Source of the DNA: a virus
Strand: one strand, 5' to 3'
Virus record (IMG/VR): IMGVR_UViG_3300009506_000015
Location: 11,429 to 75,428 of that record
Length of the DNA stretch: 64,000 bases
The notes beneath the pieces are model-generated. The model was not told where the DNA came from. It saw only the letters and a list, made by a program, of their open reading frames with translations, and searched no databases. Shown one piece after another: positions 43,707 through 53,416 of the stretch (position 1 is the first letter of the stretch; every line of letters starts with the position of its first letter). The translations under genes were made by a program, and so were the position numbers.

Positions 43707-44301
43707 TTGCGTTGTCGTACTCAGTAACCACAGAACCGGGAGCAGCGCGTTGGCTGGCGCACTATACCACCTCGGTGTGTATATGGGCGACCCAAGGCAC
43801 ATCACGAAAGAAGGTACGAACTTCGAAGCATACGATCTGTATCAAGAACACGTCAAGATGATGCCCGTGTGGACGCACCCAGAATATCTGACAATGGATG
43901 ACGTGTACCCGCCCGAGAGCTACGTGGAACTTGTGCGCAAGCGGGAGCGGCGCAAGCTGTGGGGCGTCAAAGACCCGCGACTGTGCTTCCTGTTCCCGGT
44001 ATTCCTGAGTGCCCTGTCGGAAAAGACTAAGGAAGTCAAGGTTATCTCTATGGAAAGGTCGCTAGAGGCGTCCGTACAGAGCCTCGTTGCCCGTGACGGG
44101 CTGGACTTTGACGAAGCGAGGCGCATCATCGTAGCCTACGAGAACGCAAGGTCGGGTATGCTGGAACTGTATGGACCTCATTTCCAAATGCTGGCCGTGT
44201 ACTATAGCGACCTGCGTGATAACCCGAGGAGGCAAGTTACCAGGATTGCCGATTTCCTTGGCGTGGAGGTTACTGACGAAGCGGTAGATCACATCAAATG
44301 A
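43699..44301 (+). CDS. PAPS-dependent sulfotransferase family protein
   Basis: HRTGSSAL (5'-PSB loop), WGVKDPRL, ERSLEASVQSL (3'-PB), YSDLRDNP...IADFLG. Confidence 0.85.
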   Translation: MGDCVVVLSNHRTGSSALAGALYHLGVYMGDPRHITKEGTNFEAYDLYQEHVKMMPVWTHPEYLTMDDVYPPESYVELVRKRERRKLWGVKDPRLCFLFPVFLSALSEKTKEVKVISMERSLEASVQSLVARDGLDFDEARRIIVAYENARSGMLELYGPHFQMLAVYYSDLRDNPRRQVTRIADFLGVEVTDEAVDHIK

Positions 44302-45038
44302 AGATAGTCACCTACTGTATAACCTTTCCAGACGAAGCAGACATCCTGCCGAACATGATAGCCCAGGCGAGCAAGCTGGGCGACGTATGGCTGTTCGACG
44401 GCGGTAGGGTGGGCAGTCATTGCCAGAACAACAAGCGTGCGCCATCTGGCATTATGATAACCGACGACGGTCTACAGTATGCACCCGAGGATATCGAAAT
44501 ACCGGATGATGCTATACAGAAGATAGAAGGGTGCAGGTATACCTCCCTGCCCTGGCCTGGAAGCCCTGGCAAGCAGCGCAATGCTGCGCTGGACATAATG
44601 GGTAACGAGTACGACTGGATCATCCAGAACGACAGTGACGAGGTGTGGACCGACCAGGCAGTAGAAATGATTCCCAAACTGCTAGGTGAAGTGAGTCATA
44701 ACATAACAAACATCCTGGTAAAGATGCTCCATCTAGTCAAAGACGAGGACCATTACTGGCGCAGACACTACAGGCACTTGGTACACGCGAGGATACACAG
44801 GCCGGGTTCTGCCAGGTGGGTCGAGGGCTGGCATGAACATCAGAACTACACAGGACAGAGGATGTCAACAGACATGGTCTTGCTGCACACGAAGCACCTG
44901 TTCGTGAACAGGCTACAGAGGTTCTACGGTAAGGGGCTGGAAATGTGGGGCGACCTGGACTACACGCCGCTGCCGCCAGGGAGGTTCGGTCTGACGTGGC
45001 CAGATATGGTGTACCCCAGGGAGGACAGACATACGTAA
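44298..45038 (+). CDS. GT-A (GT2-like) glycosyltransferase
   Basis: LFDGG, QRNAAL, WIIQNDSDE, WHEH. Confidence 0.75.
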   Translation: MKIVTYCITFPDEADILPNMIAQASKLGDVWLFDGGRVGSHCQNNKRAPSGIMITDDGLQYAPEDIEIPDDAIQKIEGCRYTSLPWPGSPGKQRNAALDIMGNEYDWIIQNDSDEVWTDQAVEMIPKLLGEVSHNITNILVKMLHLVKDEDHYWRRHYRHLVHARIHRPGSARWVEGWHEHQNYTGQRMSTDMVLLHTKHLFVNRLQRFYGKGLEMWGDLDYTPLPPGRFGLTWPDMVYPREDRHT

Positions 45039-45750
45039 GCGGGTCGGGTTCGCCGTAGACAATGTGGACGACGTTGTGCGCAGATATATGACCGCCGCCG
45101 GTACTGACAAGGCGATCACGGGCGAGCACTGTGGTACGTGGCGTGATTTCCATGCCTGGACATACAACCGATACTGGAAGCGCCTGAAGGTTGTGGTCGT
45201 GATGTCCAACCGTTTTGTGCCGTATCTCGAGTATGAACGACACAAGACTGGCATAAGGTTCGTCGCTCTTGATACATACGAACGCGTATTCGGCTTCGAG
45301 TTTGATAGGCGTCTATCGGCGCACGACGTCGGGTGGGGCGTGGACACGGAGCAATATGACTCTGTAGTGAATACCAGGCCGTGGTCTAGAAGTCCGGTAT
45401 TCTTCTTTGCGAATGGTATGAATGACCTCGCCAATGATATTGTCGCCCTGGGGTATGACGTCACGGACCAGATGGTACTCGGAAACGTAGCGGTCATACA
45501 GGACGCGGAAGTAGTACCGATGAACATATACGCCGCTGCCGCCGCTGGCATGGCCGTTGTTACTACGGAGAGGAACGCCAGGTGGCTGGACGCTGTAGTT
45601 GACTTTGGCGTATACACAGAGGATGGGGCCGCTGGAATAGTGAAGGCGGTGGCGGGGGCAGACTACAAATTCGCTGGCATGATGTCTAGGGACATAGTCC
45701 CGAGCATGGACGACTTTGAAAATAGGTTCAAAAACCTATTGATGTTTTAG
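45031..45750 (+). CDS. hypothetical protein, possibly a divergent GT-B glycosyltransferase; probable ATA start
   Basis: VGWGVDT and AAAAGMAVVTT recall GT-B motifs; GGGAGG lies 6 nt before ATA 45031. Confidence 0.55.
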   Translation: MRKRVGFAVDNVDDVVRRYMTAAGTDKAITGEHCGTWRDFHAWTYNRYWKRLKVVVVMSNRFVPYLEYERHKTGIRFVALDTYERVFGFEFDRRLSAHDVGWGVDTEQYDSVVNTRPWSRSPVFFFANGMNDLANDIVALGYDVTDQMVLGNVAVIQDAEVVPMNIYAAAAAGMAVVTTERNARWLDAVVDFGVYTEDGAAGIVKAVAGADYKFAGMMSRDIVPSMDDFENRFKNLLMF

Positions 45751-45767
45751 ACATCGTATGGTATATT
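45739..45767 (+). promoter_or_regulatory. probable sigma70 promoter
   Basis: TTGATG-17-TATATT with TG extension. Confidence 0.5.
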
Positions 45768-45785
45768 TGTTTCAGGAGATGAGAT

Positions 45786-46244
45786 ATGACAGACTACTTT
45801 GAAGTTATCCACCCGCTAGAACTCAGGGACGCCGATGGCGACGAAGTGAACGCGTCCCTTCTGAGGAAGTGGTCGGACCAGGGCGATGGGTCGCACTCAC
45901 CTGCCAGCTCCGGTTCGTCCAGTGCGGTGCAGATGAATTCGGCAGATACAGCCACGGCTGCGGCAGACACGGCGGTGGCGATCACATACGCCGCCACTGC
46001 CAGCGTCGCGCACAAGTTCAGGAAGCTCGTATGGTCGTACAGTGAAGACCCGACTGGCGGTGCGCTGACCATTACCGATGGCGGGACCACCGTGTTTCAG
46101 ATCAATATCACGGCTGGTGGGCCTGGGTTCATACCGCTGGATGACATGAAGTTCACATCCAATTCCGCTGTCGTGGTGACACTAGCCGCAGGTGGCGGGA
46201 CTTGCGTTGGTATGCTGAATGTGATTGGTAAGTCCACGGAATAG
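45786..46244 (+). CDS. probable virion structural protein (beta-rich)
   Basis: Ala/Thr/Gly-rich; SD AGGAG. Confidence 0.6.
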   Translation: MTDYFEVIHPLELRDADGDEVNASLLRKWSDQGDGSHSPASSGSSSAVQMNSADTATAAADTAVAITYAATASVAHKFRKLVWSYSEDPTGGALTITDGGTTVFQINITAGGPGFIPLDDMKFTSNSAVVVTLAAGGGTCVGMLNVIGKSTE

Positions 46245-46248
46245 GGCT

Positions 46249-48039
46249 ATGGGACTAGGTGGCATTAGTGCGCTGTCTGGTTTGTCCGGCGTCGTTGGTG
46301 CGTCTCCTGGCGAACCAGCCACAAGGCTGGTGGTATCTATAGACAACTCCGCTGGTGGAGATTTGGTAGATTACCAGATAAGTGCAACCATACCATTCAC
46401 AGAAGGCATGGAGGCAGACTTCTCTGATGTCAGATTCAGAGACACAAATGGTTCCACTCTCCTTGACTTTTGGATAGAGTCGTACACAGAGAGCACTTCT
46501 GCGCTCGTGTGGGTCAAGGTTCCAAGCATAGGCGCAAGTTCCTCAAAGACTATCTATGCGTACTATGGGGACTCTGAGGCTGAAGGTGGTAGTGATATAT
46601 GCGCCACGTTTGTTTTTGGTGATGATTTCAACCGCACAAATCTAAACCCGACTTGGACAAAGAGCGCGTCTAACCCACTTACTGCCGCTGGATATGGCGA
46701 TCCTGGTGTGTTCTATGAGTCAGAGACTTTCTACATATTTGTAGATAACTTCTCAACTGGCAACATCGATCTACTAACTTCCAGTGACGGAACGACACTA
46801 TCGAGCCAGGGTTCGGTTTTAGACAAAGGTTCTGAGGGCGCATGGGACGACTACTTTGTCCGTGATCCAAGTATCGTAAAGATAGGCAGCACGTACCATA
46901 TGTGGTTTGCAGGCCAGACCGACGCGGAGGGTGGTACGACGACCCACAAAATTGGACATGCTACTGCGCCAGCTATAACTGGTCCGTGGACTAAAGATGC
47001 AAGCAACCCTATAATAGACCGTAGCGGGGATGGATACGGCTGTAACGAACCATGCGTTGTCTATGATCCAGACGACGATGGATACGAGTATAAGATGCTG
47101 TACACCTATGGGACGTTTGATAAGGGCGACGTCGGCGCTGAAAACATAGGGTATGCGTATTCATCTGATGGATCGTCATTCACACTATACGGCCAGGTTA
47201 TGGATTTTGGCGATATGCAGGACCAGTTTGTTGTCAAGGAGGGCAAGGTTTATACCTGTCTTGTTGACAACTCCTCTGCCGCTGTGCTCAGGACTATATC
47301 GAAGGACTTCATAAATTGGTTAGCGACTACAACCATCGGTGGTATTCCTGAGGGCGGAATCGGTGAGTACGATCACGACGGGGTATATGCTCCTTGCGTT
47401 GTTCTTGTAGACGGAACATACTACTGCTACTATCAATCTGCGGATGCTGGCGACCACACTATATCTCTAGCAACAACGACAGACCCTCTGAATATGGCAA
47501 ATTGGGTTAACTACGTTGCAAACCTGTTTACGATTAGTGATAACAGGATGTATAAGTCGTTAGTATCTACTGGGAGCTGGCGCTCGTCAAAGATTGGGTG
47601 GGGGTTCGACCCTCCGTATATTGTCGAGTGTGAGATAGAGTTTCAGTACCAAGATGACGGTGCATACCACGCTGGCATATCAATCGGTGATATTTCCGGT
47701 TATCATGTTATAGTCATCTTCGACGTTAACTCAGACGTTACCGCCATAGCTCTGACGCAGTATCCAGATTATGGTAGCGGCGGGTCGTCTCTTGGAACAT
47801 CTACAGATGTGTCTCTATCTCTATCTACCGTGTATAAGATTCGCGCAATCGTGACTTCGTCCTCGGTGCAGGTCGATCTATATGATGGAAGCTGGCATAC
47901 AAACATTCTGAGTAGCGAACAATCTATGCTGACAGGGTATCCAGCGGGATATGGATATAACAACGATAATGAATTTTTCATTGACAACTTCCGTATCCGT
48001 AAGTATGCCAGCACGGAACCATCCGTAGAGGTGAGTTAA
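46249..48039 (+). CDS. DUF2341-domain protein with GH43/32-like beta-propeller and ConA-like domain
   Basis: DFSDVRF..LLDFWIE..VWVKVP..IYAYYG (DUF2341); repeated WTK.ASNP, DPSIV..YHMWF, IGYA.S.DG blades. Confidence 0.75.
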   Translation: MGLGGISALSGLSGVVGASPGEPATRLVVSIDNSAGGDLVDYQISATIPFTEGMEADFSDVRFRDTNGSTLLDFWIESYTESTSALVWVKVPSIGASSSKTIYAYYGDSEAEGGSDICATFVFGDDFNRTNLNPTWTKSASNPLTAAGYGDPGVFYESETFYIFVDNFSTGNIDLLTSSDGTTLSSQGSVLDKGSEGAWDDYFVRDPSIVKIGSTYHMWFAGQTDAEGGTTTHKIGHATAPAITGPWTKDASNPIIDRSGDGYGCNEPCVVYDPDDDGYEYKMLYTYGTFDKGDVGAENIGYAYSSDGSSFTLYGQVMDFGDMQDQFVVKEGKVYTCLVDNSSAAVLRTISKDFINWLATTTIGGIPEGGIGEYDHDGVYAPCVVLVDGTYYCYYQSADAGDHTISLATTTDPLNMANWVNYVANLFTISDNRMYKSLVSTGSWRSSKIGWGFDPPYIVECEIEFQYQDDGAYHAGISIGDISGYHVIVIFDVNSDVTAIALTQYPDYGSGGSSLGTSTDVSLSLSTVYKIRAIVTSSSVQVDLYDGSWHTNILSSEQSMLTGYPAGYGYNNDNEFFIDNFRIRKYASTEPSVEVS

Positions 48040-48041
48040 TT

Positions 48042-50036
48042 ATGGGCCTGACTGGTCTATCTGGTCTATCGGGGATAAGTGGTGCGTTCGGCGGCTCCGA
48101 ATGGACGCCACTAAGCCTTGGCAGCAGTTTGGTTCTATGGCTATCTGCTGAGGATGTTGGCGGTTCAGATGGTAGTGTTATAAGTGCCTGGGTATCTAGG
48201 GAAGGCAACAGCTACCTCTTTCATCAGAACAACCTGTCCAAACAGCCCGTCCTCAAGACTGGTGCGAATGGCATCAACGGGTACAGTGTTGTCAGATTTG
48301 ACGGTTCTGATGACTTGTTGGCCTACAACGGCACACTGACGACGGCAACCGATGGGGTAGTCGTTGCCCTTATCAGGCTGTCATCTGGCTTTGCCGCATA
48401 TCAGACCGTGTTGGCGTCGTGTGATGTGGGTGCCTCAACAAGATACTTCGCCCTGCGTGCCTATGAGGACATAGACCCACGGTTTGCTATATCCATTGCA
48501 CAGCGGGATAACGACACTGCCGAAGATATGTACGGGAACTCCGAGGTAACCAGCGACGTTCCGTATGTAATGTCGTGGATCAGCACCGGGACCGAATACC
48601 GTATGCGACACAATGGCGTTGAGCAATCTGTGAATATCCAGGCTGGCGCTAACAATGGCGACTGGTTCGGTGACACGACACAGAGGGACACTGTCACATT
48701 GGGAGCCTTACAGCGAAACACTGAAGCCCAATTCCTGAAGGGTGATATATGCGAACTGGTTATATGCGCACCGAATATTTCAAGCGCAGACCTCTCCAGG
48801 CTAGAACAGTACATGTCCGAACGTGGAGATGTCGTACTTGGTGGGTGGGAGTTGGCAAGTGGCGCAGAGGGAGCGTCCGGTTCTTGGTGCTGGTTTGCAC
48901 AGCCACGAGCAGTAGTGAGTGGTGGCAAGACCTATGCTGGATGGGCGACGCCAACAGGCAAAGTTGTGTATTCAGCGATTGAAGCTGGTGAGTCGCCGTC
49001 CAGCCCATACGTCCTGCACGACTTCAGCGCACCCGATGACCATATGAACCCTGCGTTCTTTGTACGTGCCGATGGGACGCTGTTCGCTTTCTACTCCGAC
49101 CACTCGGGTGGCGCTCTGTACATCATGGAATCCGTCAGGCCATACGAGGGTGTGTGGCTCAAGGAAATCGACCTAGACAGCCAGCTAGAGGAAGCCAACT
49201 ATACATACCCGCACCCCATACAACTGACCGGGGAGACGAACGATCCGATCTACCTGTTCTACAGGTCTGCTGACTCTGGTACGTCTGGCGAAGGGTGTCA
49301 CTTTTCTACATCGGAAGACGGGGGCGTGACGTGGGCTACCAGCCAGGCGCTACTGACGAATGGCGACGAGCGACCGTACTTCGTAGTGGCCCAGAACGGC
49401 GATGACAGGATCGATATCGCCATCAACGACGGGCACCCCACCAGTGTCACAACGAACTGCACGTATCACGGCTATATCACCGGCGGCAACCTGTACAAAT
49501 CGGACGGCACACTGGTTGGGGCTATCGGTTCAGGACCATACTCACCGAGTGACCTAACCCTGGTATACGATGGCACTACATACAGGTCTTGGGTCTGGGA
49601 CATAGCCATAGACGACAGCGGCTATCCGGTCATAGCCTACGCCGACTTTGTATCCACTACCGACCACCGCTATAGATACGCGAGGTGGACTGGTTCCGCC
49701 TGGGACGACCATGAGATTGTTGCTGCTGGCGGGACTATTTATCCAGTTGCGGGATCGCAGGATTATTATAGTGGCGGCATTAGCATAGACAGGGCCGACA
49801 CGTCAATCGTGTACCTATCGCGTGAGGTGAGTGGAGTGCATGAAGTATACAAGTACACGACTTCCGATGGTGGTACGAACTGGTCGGCGGTTGCGATAAC
49901 GTCGGGTTCGGAGAATGGCAACTACCGACCATTCGTCCCGTACAATGCCATTGAGGACTCCCCGATGTTCTACATGGCCGGGGTGTACACGACATACGAA
50001 GATTTTGCGACAGAGATCACGGCATATCTGCCGTAG
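48042..50036 (+). CDS. LamG/ConA-like domain plus BNR-repeat propeller, probable virion carbohydrate-binding protein
   Basis: LVLWLSA, VRFDGSDD; GSWCWF..PRA, DDHMNP, YTYP, SEDGGVTW and TSDGGTNW Asp-boxes. Confidence 0.75.
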   Translation: MGLTGLSGLSGISGAFGGSEWTPLSLGSSLVLWLSAEDVGGSDGSVISAWVSREGNSYLFHQNNLSKQPVLKTGANGINGYSVVRFDGSDDLLAYNGTLTTATDGVVVALIRLSSGFAAYQTVLASCDVGASTRYFALRAYEDIDPRFAISIAQRDNDTAEDMYGNSEVTSDVPYVMSWISTGTEYRMRHNGVEQSVNIQAGANNGDWFGDTTQRDTVTLGALQRNTEAQFLKGDICELVICAPNISSADLSRLEQYMSERGDVVLGGWELASGAEGASGSWCWFAQPRAVVSGGKTYAGWATPTGKVVYSAIEAGESPSSPYVLHDFSAPDDHMNPAFFVRADGTLFAFYSDHSGGALYIMESVRPYEGVWLKEIDLDSQLEEANYTYPHPIQLTGETNDPIYLFYRSADSGTSGEGCHFSTSEDGGVTWATSQALLTNGDERPYFVVAQNGDDRIDIAINDGHPTSVTTNCTYHGYITGGNLYKSDGTLVGAIGSGPYSPSDLTLVYDGTTYRSWVWDIAIDDSGYPVIAYADFVSTTDHRYRYARWTGSAWDDHEIVAAGGTIYPVAGSQDYYSGGISIDRADTSIVYLSREVSGVHEVYKYTTSDGGTNWSAVAITSGSENGNYRPFVPYNAIEDSPMFYMAGVYTTYEDFATEITAYLP

Positions 50037-50044
50037 GAGGGAAA

Positions 50045-51604
50045 GTGCTAGAGATTCACACCATACCCCATCACCATTGGGGCACTGACAGGAATTGGTT
50101 TGCCGAAGTTCGTTCCGCCGGAGGTGAACACTTCCACAAGGTAGTGTGGGGCGGGCTGCCACCGTATGCAGATGACATGCCAGCGGGGTCTATCTACGTG
50201 TACCGCAACTATGACTTCGATGACCCAGACCAGCCTTACCGCAGGATGATGGCTACGGACCCGCTAGGGCTGGCGGACCTGCACGTCCAATCCAGCGTCA
50301 AATCGTCTGCGTGGCTTGAAGCGCATGGCGTGTCCAAGGACCACCAGCTATTCACCAGCGTAAATGAGCCGCACATCTGGAGCGACGAAACTCCGCACAA
50401 CGTCGCCGTATACGGGGCGCGGTTCCTTAATGGCCTGCACGCTCACGGTCTTCATGGTGGCTGGCCAGAGTTGAGCGTAGGGTGGCCTGGGAACGGCAGA
50501 AACGCCTCGCTAGGCAATCCTGGCAGCAAAGACCCGCCACACTGGGCGTGGGCGCAGCCAGCCATAGAAGCGATGAACGACGGTGACTACCTTACAGTCC
50601 ACGAATACTGGGCCGATGGTGGCGCACGTGAAATGTGGGGCTGGTGGGGTGGTCGCGTACTGCAATGCCCGTATCACGTCAGGATTCTCGTCACCGAGAC
50701 AGGCATCGACATGGGCGTAAAGTACCCGCAGCTAGACGTCTATAAGGGCTGGCTGGCGCTACCAGGGACTACGGACGAGAAGGCGCGACGCTACACCGAC
50801 GAACTGTGGGACTACATGGGCCTTATGGCCGAGGATTCACGGGTGCGGGGCGTGTTCCCGTTCACGTATGATGGCGCGGGGGACAAATGGGCATGGTTCG
50901 AACAGCGGAACGAACAACTACAGGCCGCTCACAGGCGAAAGTGGGCGCTGGAAGGCATACCACATCCTAGACCGTACAACCCTGGCGACGATCCTGACCC
51001 GCCGCCGACGTGGCCGCCTGACCCAGACCCGCTGCCAGAACCAGAGTTCGCGGTAGAATATGTGGTAGGTGGCCCATACATTGTTGGGAGCTACCCGCAG
51101 AAGGGCGCGATGCTGGTCCTGCGCGACCCGTGGGGCAACACTACGCACTGTACGGCGGGTGACAAACCAGAGTATGGGCCTGGAGGGTTCCTGTTCACAG
51201 CCATTCCTGGGTATGCATCTACCATCGTGGCTGGCGGGCAGGACTACAGAGTGGAGGTGAAGCCTGGAAATACATCTAAGGTAACATTCGGCACTATCCC
51301 AGACCCGATAGAACCGCCACCAGACCCGGACCCAGACCCCGAACCTGGAGAGTACCACATCGAATACGCCCCAGGTCTGCCACTTGTCGTTGGCAACTAC
51401 ACAAGGGCTGGCGCTGATATGCTGTTACGTGACCCGTGGGGCAACGAGCAGCGCGTCAGGTCTGGAAGCAAGCCAGAGTATGGTAGCGGTGGATTCGAGT
51501 TCATTGGGATTGTCGGTGGGCAAGTCTACACACTGATCGTAGATGATGTAGTATGGCCCGTAGAGACAATGGCTGGCATGATAGCCACAATAAAGTGGTC
51601 CTAG
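50045..51604 (+). CDS. TIM-barrel glycoside hydrolase with two C-terminal repeats; putative endolysin
   Basis: VNEP, HEYW, VTETG; Pro/Asp linkers; two LRDPWGN...KPEYG.GGF repeats; directly upstream of a holin-like gene. Confidence 0.65.
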   Translation: MLEIHTIPHHHWGTDRNWFAEVRSAGGEHFHKVVWGGLPPYADDMPAGSIYVYRNYDFDDPDQPYRRMMATDPLGLADLHVQSSVKSSAWLEAHGVSKDHQLFTSVNEPHIWSDETPHNVAVYGARFLNGLHAHGLHGGWPELSVGWPGNGRNASLGNPGSKDPPHWAWAQPAIEAMNDGDYLTVHEYWADGGAREMWGWWGGRVLQCPYHVRILVTETGIDMGVKYPQLDVYKGWLALPGTTDEKARRYTDELWDYMGLMAEDSRVRGVFPFTYDGAGDKWAWFEQRNEQLQAAHRRKWALEGIPHPRPYNPGDDPDPPPTWPPDPDPLPEPEFAVEYVVGGPYIVGSYPQKGAMLVLRDPWGNTTHCTAGDKPEYGPGGFLFTAIPGYASTIVAGGQDYRVEVKPGNTSKVTFGTIPDPIEPPPDPDPDPEPGEYHIEYAPGLPLVVGNYTRAGADMLLRDPWGNEQRVRSGSKPEYGSGGFEFIGIVGGQVYTLIVDDVVWPVETMAGMIATIKWS

Positions 51605-51607
51605 CTA

Positions 51608-51636
51608 TTGACAAATTTATAGACTTAACATATAAT
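51608..51636 (+). promoter_or_regulatory. consensus sigma70 promoter for holin/head/tail genes
   Basis: TTGACA-17-TATAAT. Confidence 0.85.
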
Positions 51637-51656
51637 CCACTTAGGAGGAGCAAAAA

Positions 51657-51953
51657 ATGGGTGGTTTGCCTGATTGGTCAGCGTATGGAACACCGGCGCT
51701 CGTATGGCTAGTTGCAACGATCAACTACCTGAAGGAAAATTTCGGGCTGGAAACGAAGTATGCCCTTCCGGTGGCGGTTGCTATTTCCGCCGCGATTGGC
51801 ACTGCTCTGTATTTTGGGCAGATGTATAAGGTCGTAATGGACGTCACTAATATCGTTCTAGGGGCGGTCCTATTAGGGTTTGCGGCGACCGGATACTACA
51901 GCGGCACGAAGAAGAATGTTGAAACCAGGAACGGATCGAAGACAGAGGAATAA
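51657..51953 (+). CDS. holin
   Basis: 98 aa, three hydrophobic segments, LGFAATGYYSGTK and charged C-tail. Confidence 0.75.
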   Translation: MGGLPDWSAYGTPALVWLVATINYLKENFGLETKYALPVAVAISAAIGTALYFGQMYKVVMDVTNIVLGAVLLGFAATGYYSGTKKNVETRNGSKTEE

Positions 51954-51956
51954 ATC

Positions 51957-53405
51957 ATGCCCTACCCAGGTGTGCCTAAAGATAAATGGCCAGCTATGGA
52001 AGAGTGTGTGGCTGGCATTATGAAGGACCACGAAGGGGAGAAAGATTTTGACAAGGGCAACGCGATTGCCATTTGTCACAATAGGATCATGGGCGAATTT
52101 GTAGTGGAGATCGTAGAAGACCCGACGTCGATCAATGAGGCGCTCGGTGCAAACTACATGCCAGGCGAACTATTGCGGTTCGAAGGTATGGAGCTGGCCC
52201 ACGTCGGTACTAACGCCAATCAAGACGAGTACAACGACGACAATATAGGCGAACTCGCGTCCACGCTACCTTTAATGCCGATCACTGACGAACATGGGCG
52301 CGATAGGGTTGTCGGTGTGTTCACGGCTGCGAAGAAGACTGGCGATGGCGCTCTATCGACAGATGGGCTTGTGTACGCAAGACGCTTCCCAGAAGTGGCC
52401 CAGGACATCCTAGAAGGCATCAAGAGGCCATCTGTGGAGGCGTATGCAGATGTGGCGATGTGTTCTATCTGCGGCGAGGAGTTCATCACCGCGAAGGACT
52501 ACTGCAACCACCTGCGAGATAGGCGGGGGAGCGGCGCATCGCGCCGCTTTAAGAATATGCACGCTGTTGGTGGTGGCGTTGTACGGCGACCAGCCGACAG
52601 CAGAGCTAAGTTCGACATGGATTCCATATACATTATGGCGTCCCACGAGGAGGCGCACCCAGAGGCAGAGCGAGGCGACCTAGCTACGTTTCTGGCAGTC
52701 CTGGCTTTTGGTGAAGACCAGCCGGACGACGGTGTGCTTGAGGCGGCTAAGAAGAAGTGGAGCAAGGACGTCGATTTGGACGAAGGTTCTCTTACAGCGT
52801 TGGGCTGGCCGTCTGGACAGAAGATAGCGTCCAATATCGAAAATGGCAAGGTATCATACGCTAAAGCAATCCAGAAACTAGGGTATCTTGCCAACGTATC
52901 GAAAGACAGCGCCACGGCTTCGAAAGCCAGAAGCATCATGCAGATGCTCAAGAACCGATTCAGAAAACAAAAATCGGAGGGTTCAATGACCATTGAAGAG
53001 GTCCAGGCTCAACTTGATGAAGCACTGGCCAAGTTGGGACTACTGGAAACCAGTAACGCAGACCTCACATCGAAGCTCGATGAAGTCCAGGCGAGCCTAG
53101 ATGCGGCAAACGCCGGTCTTGAAGCGGCAAATGTCAGCCTTGCCGCCAAAGACGAAGAGGTCGCCGGATTGCAGTCGAGTCTCGCTGGTGTGAAGGAAGC
53201 GAACAGGCGTATGGTCCTGGCGCATATCTTCACCGAAGAGGAATTCGACGCACAAAAAGAGGCCATCATGGCTATGCCAGAGGCCGCCGTAACCGTTTTC
53301 GCTGCGAAGTTCGAAGACACACCGCAACCTAAGAGTGAGCAGTTGAAGACGAACCTCGGCGGGTCTGGTGAAGACCACGATGGTACTAAGAAGCTCGGCC
53401 TGTAG
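51957..53405 (+). CDS. prohead protease/scaffold fusion
   Basis: NANQD, EH, PSVE, CSICG..CNHL protease-like N-half; C-terminal coiled coil; upstream of decoration and capsid genes. Confidence 0.75.
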   Translation: MPYPGVPKDKWPAMEECVAGIMKDHEGEKDFDKGNAIAICHNRIMGEFVVEIVEDPTSINEALGANYMPGELLRFEGMELAHVGTNANQDEYNDDNIGELASTLPLMPITDEHGRDRVVGVFTAAKKTGDGALSTDGLVYARRFPEVAQDILEGIKRPSVEAYADVAMCSICGEEFITAKDYCNHLRDRRGSGASRRFKNMHAVGGGVVRRPADSRAKFDMDSIYIMASHEEAHPEAERGDLATFLAVLAFGEDQPDDGVLEAAKKKWSKDVDLDEGSLTALGWPSGQKIASNIENGKVSYAKAIQKLGYLANVSKDSATASKARSIMQMLKNRFRKQKSEGSMTIEEVQAQLDEALAKLGLLETSNADLTSKLDEVQASLDAANAGLEAANVSLAAKDEEVAGLQSSLAGVKEANRRMVLAHIFTEEEFDAQKEAIMAMPEAAVTVFAAKFEDTPQPKSEQLKTNLGGSGEDHDGTKKLGL

Positions 53406-53416
53406 GGAGGAGAGCA

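Noticed and set aside
35477-45750. Host capsule/O-antigen locus (window being a chromosome-prophage junction)
   Set aside because: The genes are translationally coupled to the portal gene and flanked by phage head genes, with no transport or polymerase genes.
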